Shown here: piece after piece, positions 28,255 to 47,600 of the stretch | How the letters are laid out: each line of letters begins with the position of its first letter | How positions within the stretch are numbered: the stretch's first letter is position 1 | Source of the DNA: Scenedesmus sp. PABB004 | Lineage: Eukaryota | Length of the DNA stretch: 64,000 nt | Direction: 5' to 3' | NCBI GenBank assembly: GCA_014905635.1 | Contig: CM026548.1 | Location: 1,116,001 to 1,180,000, forward strand | Notes under the pieces: generated by a model | Database searches by the model: none | Told to the model about the DNA's origin: nothing | What the model saw: the letters and a program-made list of their open reading frames with translations, nothing else | Program-made: the position numbers and the translations under genes

Positions 28255-28418
28255 GCCGCGAGGGTCCCTGGCGGCGTAGGCGCATTCTCACCCTGTGGGT
28301 TAACTCCCTGCGGGTGGACCAGCCTTTGGTACGGGCCTTGAGTGGCCACCAAGACAAGACCGCAGGGAGTTAACCCACAGGGTGAGAATGCGCCTACGCC
28401 GCCAGGGACCCTCGCGGC
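28255..28418. mobile_element. Short perfect inverted repeat (59-bp arms, 46-nt spacer); candidate MITE or hairpin RNA locus
   Basis: 28255-28313 is the exact reverse complement of 28360-28418. Its GC content is lower than the flanks. Confidence 0.55.
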
Positions 28419-28419
28419 G

Positions 28420-28850
28420 CGGCGGCCGTGGCGGCGGGGCGCGCGCGGCTGCGCCGCGAGCAGCTCGCGCCGCGCGCACGCGTCCGCGACGGTCAGGCCG
28501 TGCAGCAGGTGCACGTGCCGCGCGAGCCAGCACTGCACGAACGCCAGGCCCGCCTCCTGGAAGGCCGCGCGCAGCGGCAGCGGGGAGCGGTCGTACGCGG
28601 CGTGCCGCTCCCGCACCGCCGCCTCCAGCCCGCGGCCGCGCGTCCACCGCGGCGCGCGTCCTGCCAGGCGCCGTGGTCGAGCAGCGACGGCGGGGGCTCG
28701 GCCCCTGTCGACAGCGGCGCCGGCGGCAGCAGCGGCGGCAGCAGTGGCGGCAGCAGCGGCGGCGCCGGGCGAGTTGCTGCAACTGCCCCGCCCACGCAGT
28801 CCCCGCGGCAGGTGGCCGAGGGTGCGGTCCGCACGCGCACCCGGCTCCAT
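28420..28850 (-). pseudogene. Possible gene fragment or pseudogene starting inside the right arm and running into the central hairpin
   Basis: ATG GAG CCG G|gtgcgc resembles a first exon and donor. A protein-like stretch LEAAVRERHAAYDRSPLPLRAAFQEAGLAFVQCWLARHVHLLHGLTVADACARRELL follows, but the frames do not join cleanly. Confidence 0.3.
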
Positions 28851-30026
28851 GGCGCGAGGGCGTGGGCGGCGGGGAGGGCACCGCCGGTCACAGTGAATGT
28901 GAGCTGCTTGCAGAGCGCCCCGCGCGGCCGCTTGCCGCGCCTGGCGGGTGCTGCGGGAGCGATGGCGAGGCGAGCGATTGGGGACGCTGCGGCGAGCAGC
29001 GGAGCGCGGCACTGGCGGCGGAGCAGCGGCGGGCGGCGCCTGCGGTGTGTGTGTGCGCGCGGCCGCGGCGTCGAGTGGCGAGTTTTGTTGGTGATGTGCC
29101 GGGCGGGAGGGGCCACGGAGGCAAGTTCGACCGCCGCAGGCAAGCTCAACCGCCGCGGTCCGACGATCGCTCAGCCCTGCCGCTCGGGGCGCACCCCGGC
29201 GAGCGGCGGCGCAGCGGCGTGGGCTGCCCGCGCGCACCGTCCGCGGCGGCGTGAGCTTCCCGCACGCGCTGGCGGCGGCGGCGCGCGCCGGGGCGCTGCA
29301 GGGCATCGGCGCAAGCAGCTGGTCGCCGCGAGCGAAGACCGGCTGTCGGCGCGGCGCTTTGTGGCCCGCTCTGGCCGCGCTGGCAGGTCGATCCGGGGCC
29401 CGGCGGCGCTGGGGCCCGGCGGCGCTGGGGTCAAGTGCGCGGCCGAGCCGGGCCGGCCCGGCGGCTGCGCGCCGCTGTGCGCGCAGCGCGCGCGTTGCTG
29501 CCCGAAGCTGCCTGGCGGCCTGCCGCCGGCCCCGCCGGCCCCCAGAACGGCGCGTTGGGTGGCGGGGACCCCCAAAAACGAAGCGGGGCGACCAAAAGCT
29601 GCAAGGGCAGCGAGTGGAGTCGGAGGGTATCGATCCCCCTACCTCCCGCATGCTAAGCGGGCGCTCTACCATCTGAGCTACGACCCCGGGGTCAGAATGC
29701 CACGCATTGCCACGGCATTGCACATATTCAGGAAAACCAGAACTCACAAACTCGCCCAAAACGGCCCTTTTTCGCCCACCCGAAGACCGCTCCGTCAAGG
29801 GCCGACCCCGGGGTATTTAGAAAAAAAATTTGATCCTTGCCCGAAAAATAACAGAAAACGGAGAAAACACAAAGGACAGAAAAGGCGACTCCGACGCGCG
29901 GACACAGCGCCGGGCTGGCCCGCACAGGCCCGCTGAAACGCTCATCAACCTCCCACGGGTGGGACGGGGCTGGGGCCTGCAGCAGACAGGCAGGCGCGGC
30001 AGAGCCGAGGCGGGCGCGGCAGCGCG
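28712..30026 (-). repeat. Right arm of the ~1.3-kb inverted repeat
   Basis: Reverse complement of about 26436-27730. Confidence 0.93.
29615..29687 (-). tRNA. tRNA-Ala (anticodon AGC), identical second copy
   Basis: Exact reverse complement of 26775-26847. Confidence 0.95.
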
Positions 30027-30394
30027 CTGCGCGGGCTGACCGTCCGGGCGGGCTGCGCGAGTCCCGGCGGGCTGCGCGAGTCTTGAGTTTACCCAGCTGC
30101 TGCCCAGGTGATATCCCATGGTGCAGCCCATGGTCCGGCCCTGTGCTCGCAGCCGCAGCCACGCCTGTCCGCCGCCCACCACCGAGCCCACCCCCCGCCG
30201 CGGCGGTCCGTCGTCGCGGCCGCGCGCAGCGCGGCCGCTCCGCGCCGCCGGGCTCCGAGCCCTCGCCGCCCCCGAATGCCCCCGCGCGTTCTCACCCGCG
30301 CCCCCGCCACACGCGCCACGCGGCGCGTCGCGCCCCGCCCCGCCCCGCCACGCCCGCCCGCCCTCGGCGGGCGCCCGCGCGCCGGCGGCGCGCC

Positions 30395-37887
<7,493 letters not shown>

Positions 37888-38354
37888 GGCTGCTGCGCTG
37901 CCCGCCCCGGCGCGGCAGGGGACACGTGTGCTACCGCACAGCCAGGCGCGGCGGTCGCTCGGGCGCCGGGTGGGGCGATGCCCTGCGCAGAGTGGTGGCT
38001 GTGATGGCGCTGCGGCTGGGCGTCAACTGCGGCTCGCGGCGCGCCGATTACGAGGGATCACGAGTGCGCGGCGCGTGAGCGGCACTCCTGGGCCGGCGGG
38101 CGCCCAGGAGAAGGTGCGCAGGCGTCGCGGTTGTTCTGCGGGGCACGCGTCACACCGACGCGCCGCCGCGGGCGCAGTGCACAGCGCAGAGCGCCTGCGG
38201 TGCCCCACAAAAACAGCGCGGCCGGGCGGCCGGCCGCGCGCCGCTGTCGCCGCGGCGGGCCGCGGCGCGGCGGCGCGCTGCTCTCGCCGGCGTGCCGCAC
38301 GCTGGCTCCGGGCGGGGCCGCGGCGGCGCCGCGGCGGCAGCACGCGCGCCGGCG

Positions 38355-39103
38355 CAGCGCCCGTGTGCCGCCGCTCGGCAGCGCGCCGTCCTGCGCCTGC
38401 TGCGGCGCCGCAGGGCGGCTGGGGCCGCACTCCCACTACATTACCAGGCGCGTCCGCGCACCCAGCCGGCGAGCGCGTTGCAGCTGCTGGGCCCGCTGCT
38501 CGTGGCGGGCGGCTGCGCCGCCACGCGCCGCGCCGCGGTGCGCGGCCTCGCCGACCTCGCCCTGCTGCTGGGCCCCGCCGCCGTCGACGCGATCCTGCGC
38601 GGCCCCGGCCCCGCCGCGGCCGCCGGCGCCGAGGCGCTGGGCGGGCGGGGCCTGCTGGAGCTGCTGCTCTGCCTGGGGCGGGGCCCCAGCCGGGGGCGGC
38701 GGCGGGCGGCGCAGCAGCAGCAGCGCGCGCACCGAGCGCCGACGGCTCTGCGGGCGGCGATGGCGGCGTCGTGGGGCGGCGGCGGCCGCCGCCCCGCGGG
38801 GGCCCCGGCCGGGTTGGCCGGGCGCGCAGGTGGTCGCCCAGACCCAAGACCTGCCCGTTGCTGGCGCGCGGCAGCGGCGCCCGCCGGCCAGTCCGCCCGC
38901 GACCGAGCAGCGCCAGCCACGCACCCGGGGGCGCGCGGGACGCGCGGAGCTGCCCCCTCGCGGCCACACCTTTGCAGGGGCGCCAGAGCCAGCCGGCGGG
39001 CGCAGCTGCAGTGGCGAGGCATGGGCCCGAGATAGCGCGGCGCCGCGGTCGCCTCCACCGGAGCGCCAGGTTAGGCAGCGGCGCAGGCCACCCGGGTCGG
39101 CAT
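38355..39103. other. Patchwork of duplicated local fragments, including a CAP-G exon piece
   Basis: About 38355-38468 is a direct copy of about 44465-44575. About 38469-38673 is an inverted copy of about 46184-46390 (CAP-G exon). About 38691-39103 is an inverted copy of about 43926-44305. Confidence 0.85.
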
Positions 39104-39638
39104 TGCCGTGCAGCGGCGCGCCTCGTGGTTACAGCAGCAGGCGCGAGCCAGCCCCGCCGTCAACCGCCCCCAGCAAGTTCCCGCCCGTCGCCGGGTGCCA
39201 CGCCATGGCCAGTGCCGCCGGTGCCGTCCTGCCGTCCCCCGCACGCCCCCCGGCGCGCGCCGCCCGCGGGCCGCCGCGCCGACCAGGGGAGGGCGCCATG
39301 CAATGCATTCGGCATTGAGTCAGGTCAGGCGTAGTTTAGGGTGACCACCGTCTCGTCCGTCCGTCAGGGTGGGGCGCCCACGGTCAAGTTCGTTTCGCGC
39401 GCGCGGCGCGCGGGGCTGCGTGGCAGAGCCCCCTCGAGCGCGCCGCCGGCCGTCGCCCCCGCGGCCCGCGCGTGCAGCGGCGCGCGCGTGATGCGCGGGC
39501 AAGGGCCGCCCCGGTGCCCGGGCACCCCGCTGGCTCGCTGGCTCGCTCGCTCGCGCGCGCTGGCGGCTCGGGGCGCCCCGTGGGCGCGCCGGCCAGCCGC
39601 GGCACTGCACACCCTGCACAGTGCCGCGCCGCCCCGCG

Positions 39639-42187
39639 TCAGCGGAAGAGGGACGGCGAGTCGCCGTTGAGGCACGCCACCAGGCCCGCCTGGCCCTGCG
39701 CCGCCGCCATGCGCTGCAGCGCCTCGAGGCTCGGCACCGCCGCGAGCAGCGCCGCGGCCGCGGCCGAGACGTGCACGTGCGGCAGCGCGAGCGAGGCGCC
39801 GCAGGCCTGCTTGGGCGCGTCGCTGCCGAGCGGCACGCCGCCGTACTGGAGTGGGAACATGAGGTCTGGCCGCCCTGACGTGGCCTGCACCTCGCCCACC
39901 GCGTCCAGCAGCGCGCGCAGCGTCGCCTGCTTGGCCTCGCTGTCGCCGCCAAAGACGAGGCACGAGCCGCCGGCGCTGCCGTTGCGCGGCGCGCCGGCGC
40001 GCGGCGGCGCGTGGCCCACGCGCGGCGACGGGGCCGCCAGGCCGTCATAGCCCAGCTCGCCGCCGCCGGCGCCGGCGTAGAGGCCGCCCAGCAGCAGCTG
40101 CTGCTGCGCGCCGCCGCCGCCGCCGCCGCTCAGGCTGCCGCGCCGGCCGAGCGCGCCCGCGCCGCCGCCGACGCCGCCCGGCTGGTGCGGCGGCGGCCGC
40201 GGCGGGCGGTTGAGCGGCTTGGACCAGTTGTGCCCGCGCCGCTTGCCGTTCTGCTGGCGCGCGGCCGCGCCGGCGCCGCCGTACGCGCCGGCCGAGTCCC
40301 CGCCGGCGTCGCCGTGTCCGCCGGCGCCCGCGCCGCCATAGGCGGCGATGCCGTACAGCTCGCCGCTGTGCGCGCGGCCCATGGACGCGCCCACGAGCAC
40401 GCAGGCGGCCTCGAGGTCCTCCGGGTCCGACCCGCCGAGCAGGTGCTGCTGGTGCGCGAGCTGGTGGTTTGCCGCCGCGGCGTCGAGGCTGCTGCGCAGC
40501 GCGGCGCCCTCGGCCGCCGCGACCGCGGCCGCGGCTGCGGCCTGCTGCTGCTCCCAGTACTCGCTCGCGGCGGCGGCCTGCGCCGCCGCGGCCGCGGCCG
40601 CCCGCGCCGCGGCGGCGGCCTTCTTGGCCTTGGCCCCGCCGCCGCCGCCGCCGCCCTCGCCGCCGAACGCGAGCATGCCCTTGCGCTGCGCGCCCTTCCA
40701 GCCGCCCGCGCCGCCGCCCGGCCGCGACGGCGGCGCGGCGCCGGCGCCGGCTGCCGGCTTTGGCGTCTCCGCAAACGCGTGCAGCAGCAGCGGCTCCGCC
40801 TGGTGCAGCTCCGTCGCGTCGACGACGTCCGAGCCGCGCCACGCCTTAATCGCGCGCGCCTTCTTGGCGGGGCGCTGCACGTCCTCGCTGTCCAGCCGCG
40901 CGCGCTGCGGCTTGCCCTTGCGCCGGTGGCCCTGCGCCTTGGGCGAGCCGCCGCCGCCCGCCGCGGTGGGGCTGTCGGGGCTCTCGGGCGGGCCCTCGCT
41001 GCTGCTGCTGTGCTTCGGGCCGCGCCCGGCGTCGACCGCGAGCGGCGCGAGCGCCTGCTTGTCGTCGCCGCCCGGCAGATCTTGCGGGCCAGAGTCGCTC
41101 CGCGCCGCCGCCGAGCGGCTGCGGCCGCGCCAGCCGCGCTTGGGCGCCGGCGCCGCCGCGGCCGCCGCGGCGCCGCCGTCGTCAGCCGCCGCAGCGGCGG
41201 CCGGCTTGGCGCCCACGCGCCGCGCGCGGCCGCGCGAGCCGGCCGAGGCCTGCACCAGCGAGCCCTCGCCGTCGCCGGCGGCGGCGGCGCGCTCGCTGCT
41301 GCTGTCGCCCGGCACCGCGGCCGCGGCGATCGCCGCACCGGCCGCCGCGTCGAGCGCCGCCCGCGCCGCGCTGGCCTTGCTGCCCAGCCGCGGCGCGGGG
41401 ACGTCGCCGGGCGCGTCGCCGGCGTCGCTGCCGCGCCACCGCCGCGCCGCCGGCAGGGCCTGCTGCCCCGCCGCGCCGGCGCCGCCGCGCTGCTGCTGCT
41501 CCGCCGCCTCGCGCCTGCGGGGCTGCGGCCTGCCCTCGTGCACCGCCGGGCTGTCCACCGCGAGCGGGTCCCTGCCCTCGGCGCCGCCGTCGTGCTCCTG
41601 GTCAGAGGAGAAGGTGTCGCGCTCGCTCGCGGCGCCCTCGGCGCCGCGCCGGCCCCGGCCCTGCGCGCCGCCGCCGCGCGGCTGCACGCCCGGCTCGGCG
41701 TCGCTGTCGTCCCCGTCCGCGGCGTCGCTGTCGCCGTCGTCGCCGTGCTTGCGCTGCTGCGCGGGCCGCGCGCGGCCCTTGCCGGGCGCGTGCGGCCGCG
41801 CGTCCTTGTTCGCCGTCTTGGGCTCCCACGCGCCGTCGCCCTGCGGCGGCGGGCGAGGGAGGCGCGCGCGGGTCGGCCGCCGCGCAGCAGCAGCAGCGCG
41901 GCGCGACGACGGGCACGGGCCCCGCGCAGGCGCCGCCGCCGCATCCCGGCCCCGCCCGCGCCGCGCGCCGCGCGCGCACCAGGTAGCGCCAGTCGCGGCC
42001 CTTGTAGCTCCCGCGCCACACGCGCGCGTGGTCCTTGGGCAGCCAGAAGGGGCCGCCCTCGTGGCTGACGCCCTGGTACTCCAGCAGCACGCGCGCGCCG
42101 CCGTCGCGCAGCACCTTGGCGCGGTACCAGCGCTTGCCGTACTGCACCATCGGCAGCTTGGGGATCTTGATCGGCCGCCCGCTCCCC

Positions 42188-42220
<33 letters not shown>

Positions 42221-42964
42221 GTGGCGTCGGCGCTGGCGCGCGCCGGCTGCTGCGCTGCCGCGCCCGCCCGGCCAGCGCCGGGCGCGCGCGCCGAGGTGTG
42301 CTGCTGGTCGGCCTCGTGCCCGCTGCTGCTGGCCTTGCCGGACGACGCGGCGCCGGTGGTGCACGAGTCGGCGCCAGCTGCGCCGCCGCCGCCGCCGTTG
42401 CCGCCAGAGTCCGAGGGCTGTGCGCGAGCGCGCGCGGCAGGCGCGGGCGGGCGCGTGGGTCGGGAGGAGGGGCGGCGCACGGCGGGCGGCGCGCTGGCGC
42501 CGCGCGGCGCGCGGCTGCGCGGCTGCGGCGCGGGCCGCCCCGCTGCGCGGCGCGGATCGCCTGGCACGCTCACCCGCACCGCCGGCGGCTGCTGCCCGGC
42601 CGGCTGCTGCTTGTCGGCGGGCTTGGCCTCGGCGCCGGCCGCGTGGAGGTGCTCGATCGCGAGCCGCTCCTGCTCGCTCAGCGAGCTGCTGCTCTCGTGC
42701 TTCACGCCCGGCGCCGCCTGCTGCTGCTCCTGCTGCGCCGCCGCCTGCTGCCGCTCCTGCTCCTGCTGCTGCTCCGCGTCGCCGGCCGCGTCCGGCTCCT
42801 CCTTCACCTTGCTGGCGCGCGCCCCCGCCGCGGGGCGCACGTGCGCGCCGACCATGTCGGTCGCGAGCAGCGCGAGCTCGCGGCTGGCGCGCTTGCGCGG
42901 CTTCTCGCCCTTGCCACCGCCGCCGCCGGCGGCGTCGCCGTCGACGGCGCCAGGCTCCCCGGCG

Positions 42965-42997
<33 letters not shown>

Positions 42998-43433
42998 GAC
43001 TGCTGCTGCCGTTCGGGCTTGCCCTCGGGCTTGGCCCCGCGCCCCGCCTTGGCCGCGTCGTGCGCCGCGGCGCCGCGGGCGGCCTTGCCGCGCGGCGGCA
43101 CGGCCGCGTACAGCGGCACCGGCGCCGAGCCGCGGCGCGCGTGGCGCGTGAGCGAGTTGAGCTCCTCATGCAGCCGGCGCGCGAGCGCCTCGTCCGACTC
43201 AACGAGCGGGTCGCAGCTGCCCGCCGTCTCCAGCTTGCGCTTCTTGCCTGCGGCGCGGCGGCGGCGGGCCGTGGGGCGGGGGCGGCGCGCGGCCACGGCG
43301 GCGCGGGCGATGCCAGGTGGCGGCGCGGCGCGGCGGCGGCGGCGGTCGCGCGGCGACGACCGCTGCTGCTGGTGCGCTCCCGCTGCCGTCGCCCTGCGCC
43401 GGCCCAGGAGCCCGCACCTGCATCGACCTCCAT
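39639..43433 (-). CDS. Large low-complexity, probably nuclear protein with a Tudor/Agenet-like domain
   Basis: Exons 43433-43418, 43247-41980 and 41840-39639 splice in frame with GT-AG introns. The product has NLS-like KKRK, SDEALARRLHEELN, and GKRWYRAKVLRDGGARVLLEYQG...FWLPKDHARVWRGS (aromatic beta-barrel-like). An additional upstream exon ending at about 43960 is possible. Confidence 0.7.
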
Positions 43434-44643
43434 CTGCGCGGCCGCGGGCGGGCCTGGGCGGGTGCCTGCGGCCAGGGAGGGGCGGGCAGGGTGCGGGCAG
43501 GGAGGGGCGGGCTGGGCGGCCAGCCGGTGCGGCCTCGCGGTGCCCACGCGCCCGCTGCGCGTTCCACGGCCCGACCACGGGGCGGGAGCTGCCCTGGCGG
43601 CCGCCCCCGCGCCCGGCTGCGGCCTGGCCGTGGCGCGACGGGCCAAACAGAGCGTGCAGCGCTCGCTGCTCGCCCCGCGCCGGCCCGCCGGGCCCCGCCG
43701 CGCCCTCCCGGCGTGCGGGAGCCGCCGGGGCTGCTCCCCGGGACGGCGCAGGCGCCGCCCGCTGCCCGCCGGGCAGGCGCGCGGGCCTCGCGCCGGCCGG
43801 GCGCCTCCGTCCGGGCGCCCCAGGGGCCGCAGCCACGCCCACGGGCTGCCCATAGCCGGCCCGCACCCTTGGCTGTCCCCGCGGCGCCTCGGCGGGGCGC
43901 ACAGGCGCGCCTGGGGGGCCGCGCCATGCCGACCCGGGTGGCCCGCGCCGCTGCCTCACCTGGCGCTCCGGTGGAGGCGACCGCGGCGCCGCGCTATCTC
44001 GGGCCCATGCCTCGCCACTGCAGCTGCGCCCGCCGGCTGGCTCTGGCGCGCCTGCAAAGGTGTGGCCGCGAGGGGGCAGCTCCGCGCGTCCCGCGCGCCC
44101 CCGGGTGCGTGGCTGGCGCTGCTCGGTCGCGGGCGGACTGGCCGGCGGGCGCCGCTGCCGCGCGCCAGCAACGGGCAGGTCTTGGGTCTGGGCGACCACC
44201 TGCGCGCCCGGCCAACCCGCCGCCCCACGACGCCGCCATCGCCGCCCGCAGAGCCGTCGGCGCGCGGTGCGCGCGCTGCTGCTGCGCCGCCCGCCGCCGC
44301 CCCCGCCTGCACTGCTGCTCCGGCGTGCGCGCGCCTGGCCTGCTGCTGCGCCGGCCGCGCTCCTGGCCGCTGGCCCCTGCTCAGGCTCCTCACCGGACGC
44401 TCCGCGGCGCAGCACCACGGCGCCGCGCTGGGCGAGCAGCGGCGCACGCACTGCGGCAGCTCGCGCGCCCGTGCCCCCGCTCGGCAGCGCACCGCCCTGC
44501 GCCTGCTGCGGCGCCGCAGGGCGGCTGGGGCCACACTCCCACTACGTTACCAGGCGCGCGCACCCAGCAGCCGGCGGCCCACAACCAACCGCAATGCCCC
44601 CCCGCGTGCCCTCACCCGGCGAGCTGGGTGTTCGGCGCGCTGC

Positions 44644-47600
44644 TCACGCCCAGCGGCTGCCGCGCGGACGAGCGCCGCGCCGGCGCGGCCATGCCGGCCT
44701 TGCCCGCCGGGGCCTGAGCCTGCTCCGCCGCGGCGGTGCCCCCGCGCCGCCGCCGTCGTCGCTGCTGGCGCTCTCGCTGCCGGCGTCGCTGCTGCTGCTG
44801 CTCGCGTCGCTGGCGCTGCCGTCGTCGTCGCTGCCGCTGTCGGCGCGCCCGCGCCGCCCGGCCGCCGGGCGTGCCGCCCTGCCGCCGCGGGCGGCCGCCC
44901 GCCGGCCGCCCGCCCCCGGCGCCGCGCCCTCGCCGCCGGGCAGCGGCGCCAGCTGCTGCAGCGACACCGCCTGCATGCGCCCGATGAGCTCCTCCAGCTG
45001 CTCCGGCGCGAGCGCCTCGCCGCCGTCGCCGCTGCCCTCCTCTGCGACGCGCGTGAGGACGGCCTGCACCGCCGCCACGTCCTTGGCGAGCGCCGCGTCG
45101 CCGACGCTGCCAGCGAGGCGGTCCGCGAGCAGCTGCAGCGCGGGCAGCTCCGCCGCGCCGGCGCGCAGCGGCAGCTCGCACGCCACCTGCGTTGCCGCCG
45201 CGCGGGCGGGCGGGCGCGGCCGCGCGTGGGCGGGCGGGCGCGGCCGCCGCCACCGGGGGCCCGCGCCCTACGCCCCCGTGCCCCCGCCCCCGCGCGCTCT
45301 CGCAGCGCACCCGCAGCACCGCGGACAGGTAGGGTCGGTACTTGGCGGGCTGGCGCCCCGCGCCGACGGTGATGGGCGCGACCACCTCGACCTCGCCCAG
45401 CAGCTGCAGCGCGACCGCCTCGTACGAGCCCTCGCCCGCAGGGCCGCCTGCGGGCGGGCGGGGGCGGGGCGGGGCGTGGGCCCCCGCGCCGCGGGCGCCG
45501 CCGCCCGAGCAGACAAAGCGGGCGCCCCCGCCGCGCCACGCGCTGCGCTGATGCGGCGCGGCGCGCACCGTCGTCCTCGCCGCACGCGCCCGCCGGGGCT
45601 TGCAGCAGCGCGAGGGCGTGCCGCATCAGCGCCGCCGCGGGGTTGGCCTTGCACGTGACGTGCAGCGCCTGCCGCGCCGCCGGCAGCGCGGACGCGGCGA
45701 GCTGGCGGCGGAACTCTGGCGCGGCGGCGGCAAAGACGTCGAAGAAGACGGCCAGGCACTGCCGCAGCGCGTCGGCGCCCTCCGTCGCGGGGTGGACCTG
45801 GAGCTGCAGCAGCAGCCCGAGCGCGCGCCGCAGCGCGAGCGCCGCGCCGGCGCGGCCGTCGGGCCCGGCCTCGGGCCCGCCGGCGTCGTAGCGCCGCAGC
45901 CACGCGCGCTGGTGCAGGAGCAGCTTGGCCAGCGCCTCCGCGACCGCGGCCAGCAGCTCCGCCGACGCTGCCGGCAGCACCGCGGGCTCGGCGCCCTTCG
46001 CGGCGGCCGCCCTGCCGCCGCGGGGGGTGGGCGCGCGCGCGATGGGTGGGCGTGTGGGCGGCCACGCGGCGCACTGGCGGCTGCGCGCGCCCGCGCTGCC
46101 GCCCGCACCTGGCGCCGCCCTTCTTGCCGCCGCCGCCCTTGGGCGCCGCCGCCGTCGTCGCGTCGGCCAGCAGCGCCTCCCCCTGGCAGAGCAGCAGCTC
46201 CAGCAGGCCCCGCCCGCCCAGCGCCTCGGCGCCGGCGGCCGCGGCGGGGCCGGGGCCGCGCAGGATCGCGTCGACGGCGGCGGGGCCCAGCAGCAGGGCG
46301 AGGTCGGCGAGGCCGCGCACCGCGGCGCGGCGCGTGGCGGCGCAGCCGCCCGCCACGAGCAGCGGGCCCAGCAGCTGCACCGCGCTCGCGAGCAGCCCGG
46401 GGCTGGCCGCGCCGGCCAGGGCGAACAGGCCGACGCACTCCACCGCGCTCGCCCTGCGCGGCGCGGCGCGCGGCGTGGCGCTCTGTGAGCGCAGCGGCCG
46501 GGCAAGAAGCGAGCGACGACTCGCGGCCGCGCCGGCGCCCCTGGCCTGCGCCCGCCCGCTGCGGGCGCGCCTGACGTCCGGCTGGTCCTGCTTGAGCGCG
46601 AGGAGCAGCAGCAGCTCCCACAGCGACTCGAAGCTGAGCGGCGCGCCGCCGTCGTCAAGCGGGCGCGCGCTGGGCAGGCGCTGCAGCATGAGCCGGGCGT
46701 AGGCGAGGCACTGCAGCACGCGCGCGGGCTCGCCCACGCACACTGCGCAGCGGCGCGGCGAGCGCGCGGCCGGCGGGCGCAGCGCGGCGCGTCAGGACGG
46801 CGCGCGCGGCCGGGGGCGCGCGGCGCGGCGGCAGCGGCGGGCGCGGCGCGGGCGCGCCGCGCGCCCACCGGTCACGCGCGCCGCCGCGGCGCCGCCGTCG
46901 CCGTCGCCGTCGCCGGCGGGCCCCGGCTTGGGCAGCAGGCCCGCGGCCGCCGCGAGCGGGGCGATGCCGGCGAGCACCGCGCGCGTGAAGCCCGGCCCCG
47001 CGCCCGCGACCGAGCGCGCGAGGTCGGCGACCGCGGCCTCAAACGCGCCGTCGCCGCCATTCCCGGCGAGCGCGAGGCCGTCGCCGCCCTCCCAGCCGTC
47101 CGCCGGCGCGCCGTCGGCGCCGCCGCCGCCCCGCCCGGCCGCCTCCTCGCCCGCCGCCTCGGGGTCGAGCTGCATCAGCTGCTGCAGGAACGGCAGCGCC
47201 GCGTCGCGGCTCGCCGCGTCGGTCCAGTCCTGCGAGCGGCGCGGCGGTACGGGTGGATATGAGCGGCGGTGGGCGCGCCCCCGCGGCCACCGCGGGCGGC
47301 GGCCGGCGCGGCGCGCCGCGCACCACGCAGGTTGCCGCGATCTGCAGCAGCTGCGTCGCCGCGAAGCGCGCAGACGGCCCGGCGGTGGCGTGGCGCATGA
47401 CGAGGCGCAGCATGCCGTCGGCAGACTCAGGCAGCGCGCGCTCCAGCACCTGGCGGGTGTGGGGCGGGGCGGCGCGTGGGTGGCGTAGGCGGCCGCCGCG
47501 GGGCTCCACCGCCCCGCCCAGCTGCGCTGCGCCGCGCGGCGCGCACCTCGTGCCGCTCGGCGGCCACGGCCGCCTGCACCGCCGCGCGCGCGCCGCCCGT

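Noticed and set aside
39335..39341. Single TTTAGGG telomere-like heptamer just beyond the patchwork region
   Set aside because: One copy only, which is compatible with chance
40011..45372. 1674-aa and 685-aa plus-strand ORFs
   Set aside because: They are antisense shadows of the Tudor-like gene and CAP-G exons, with low-complexity Ala/Arg/Pro translations and no domain.
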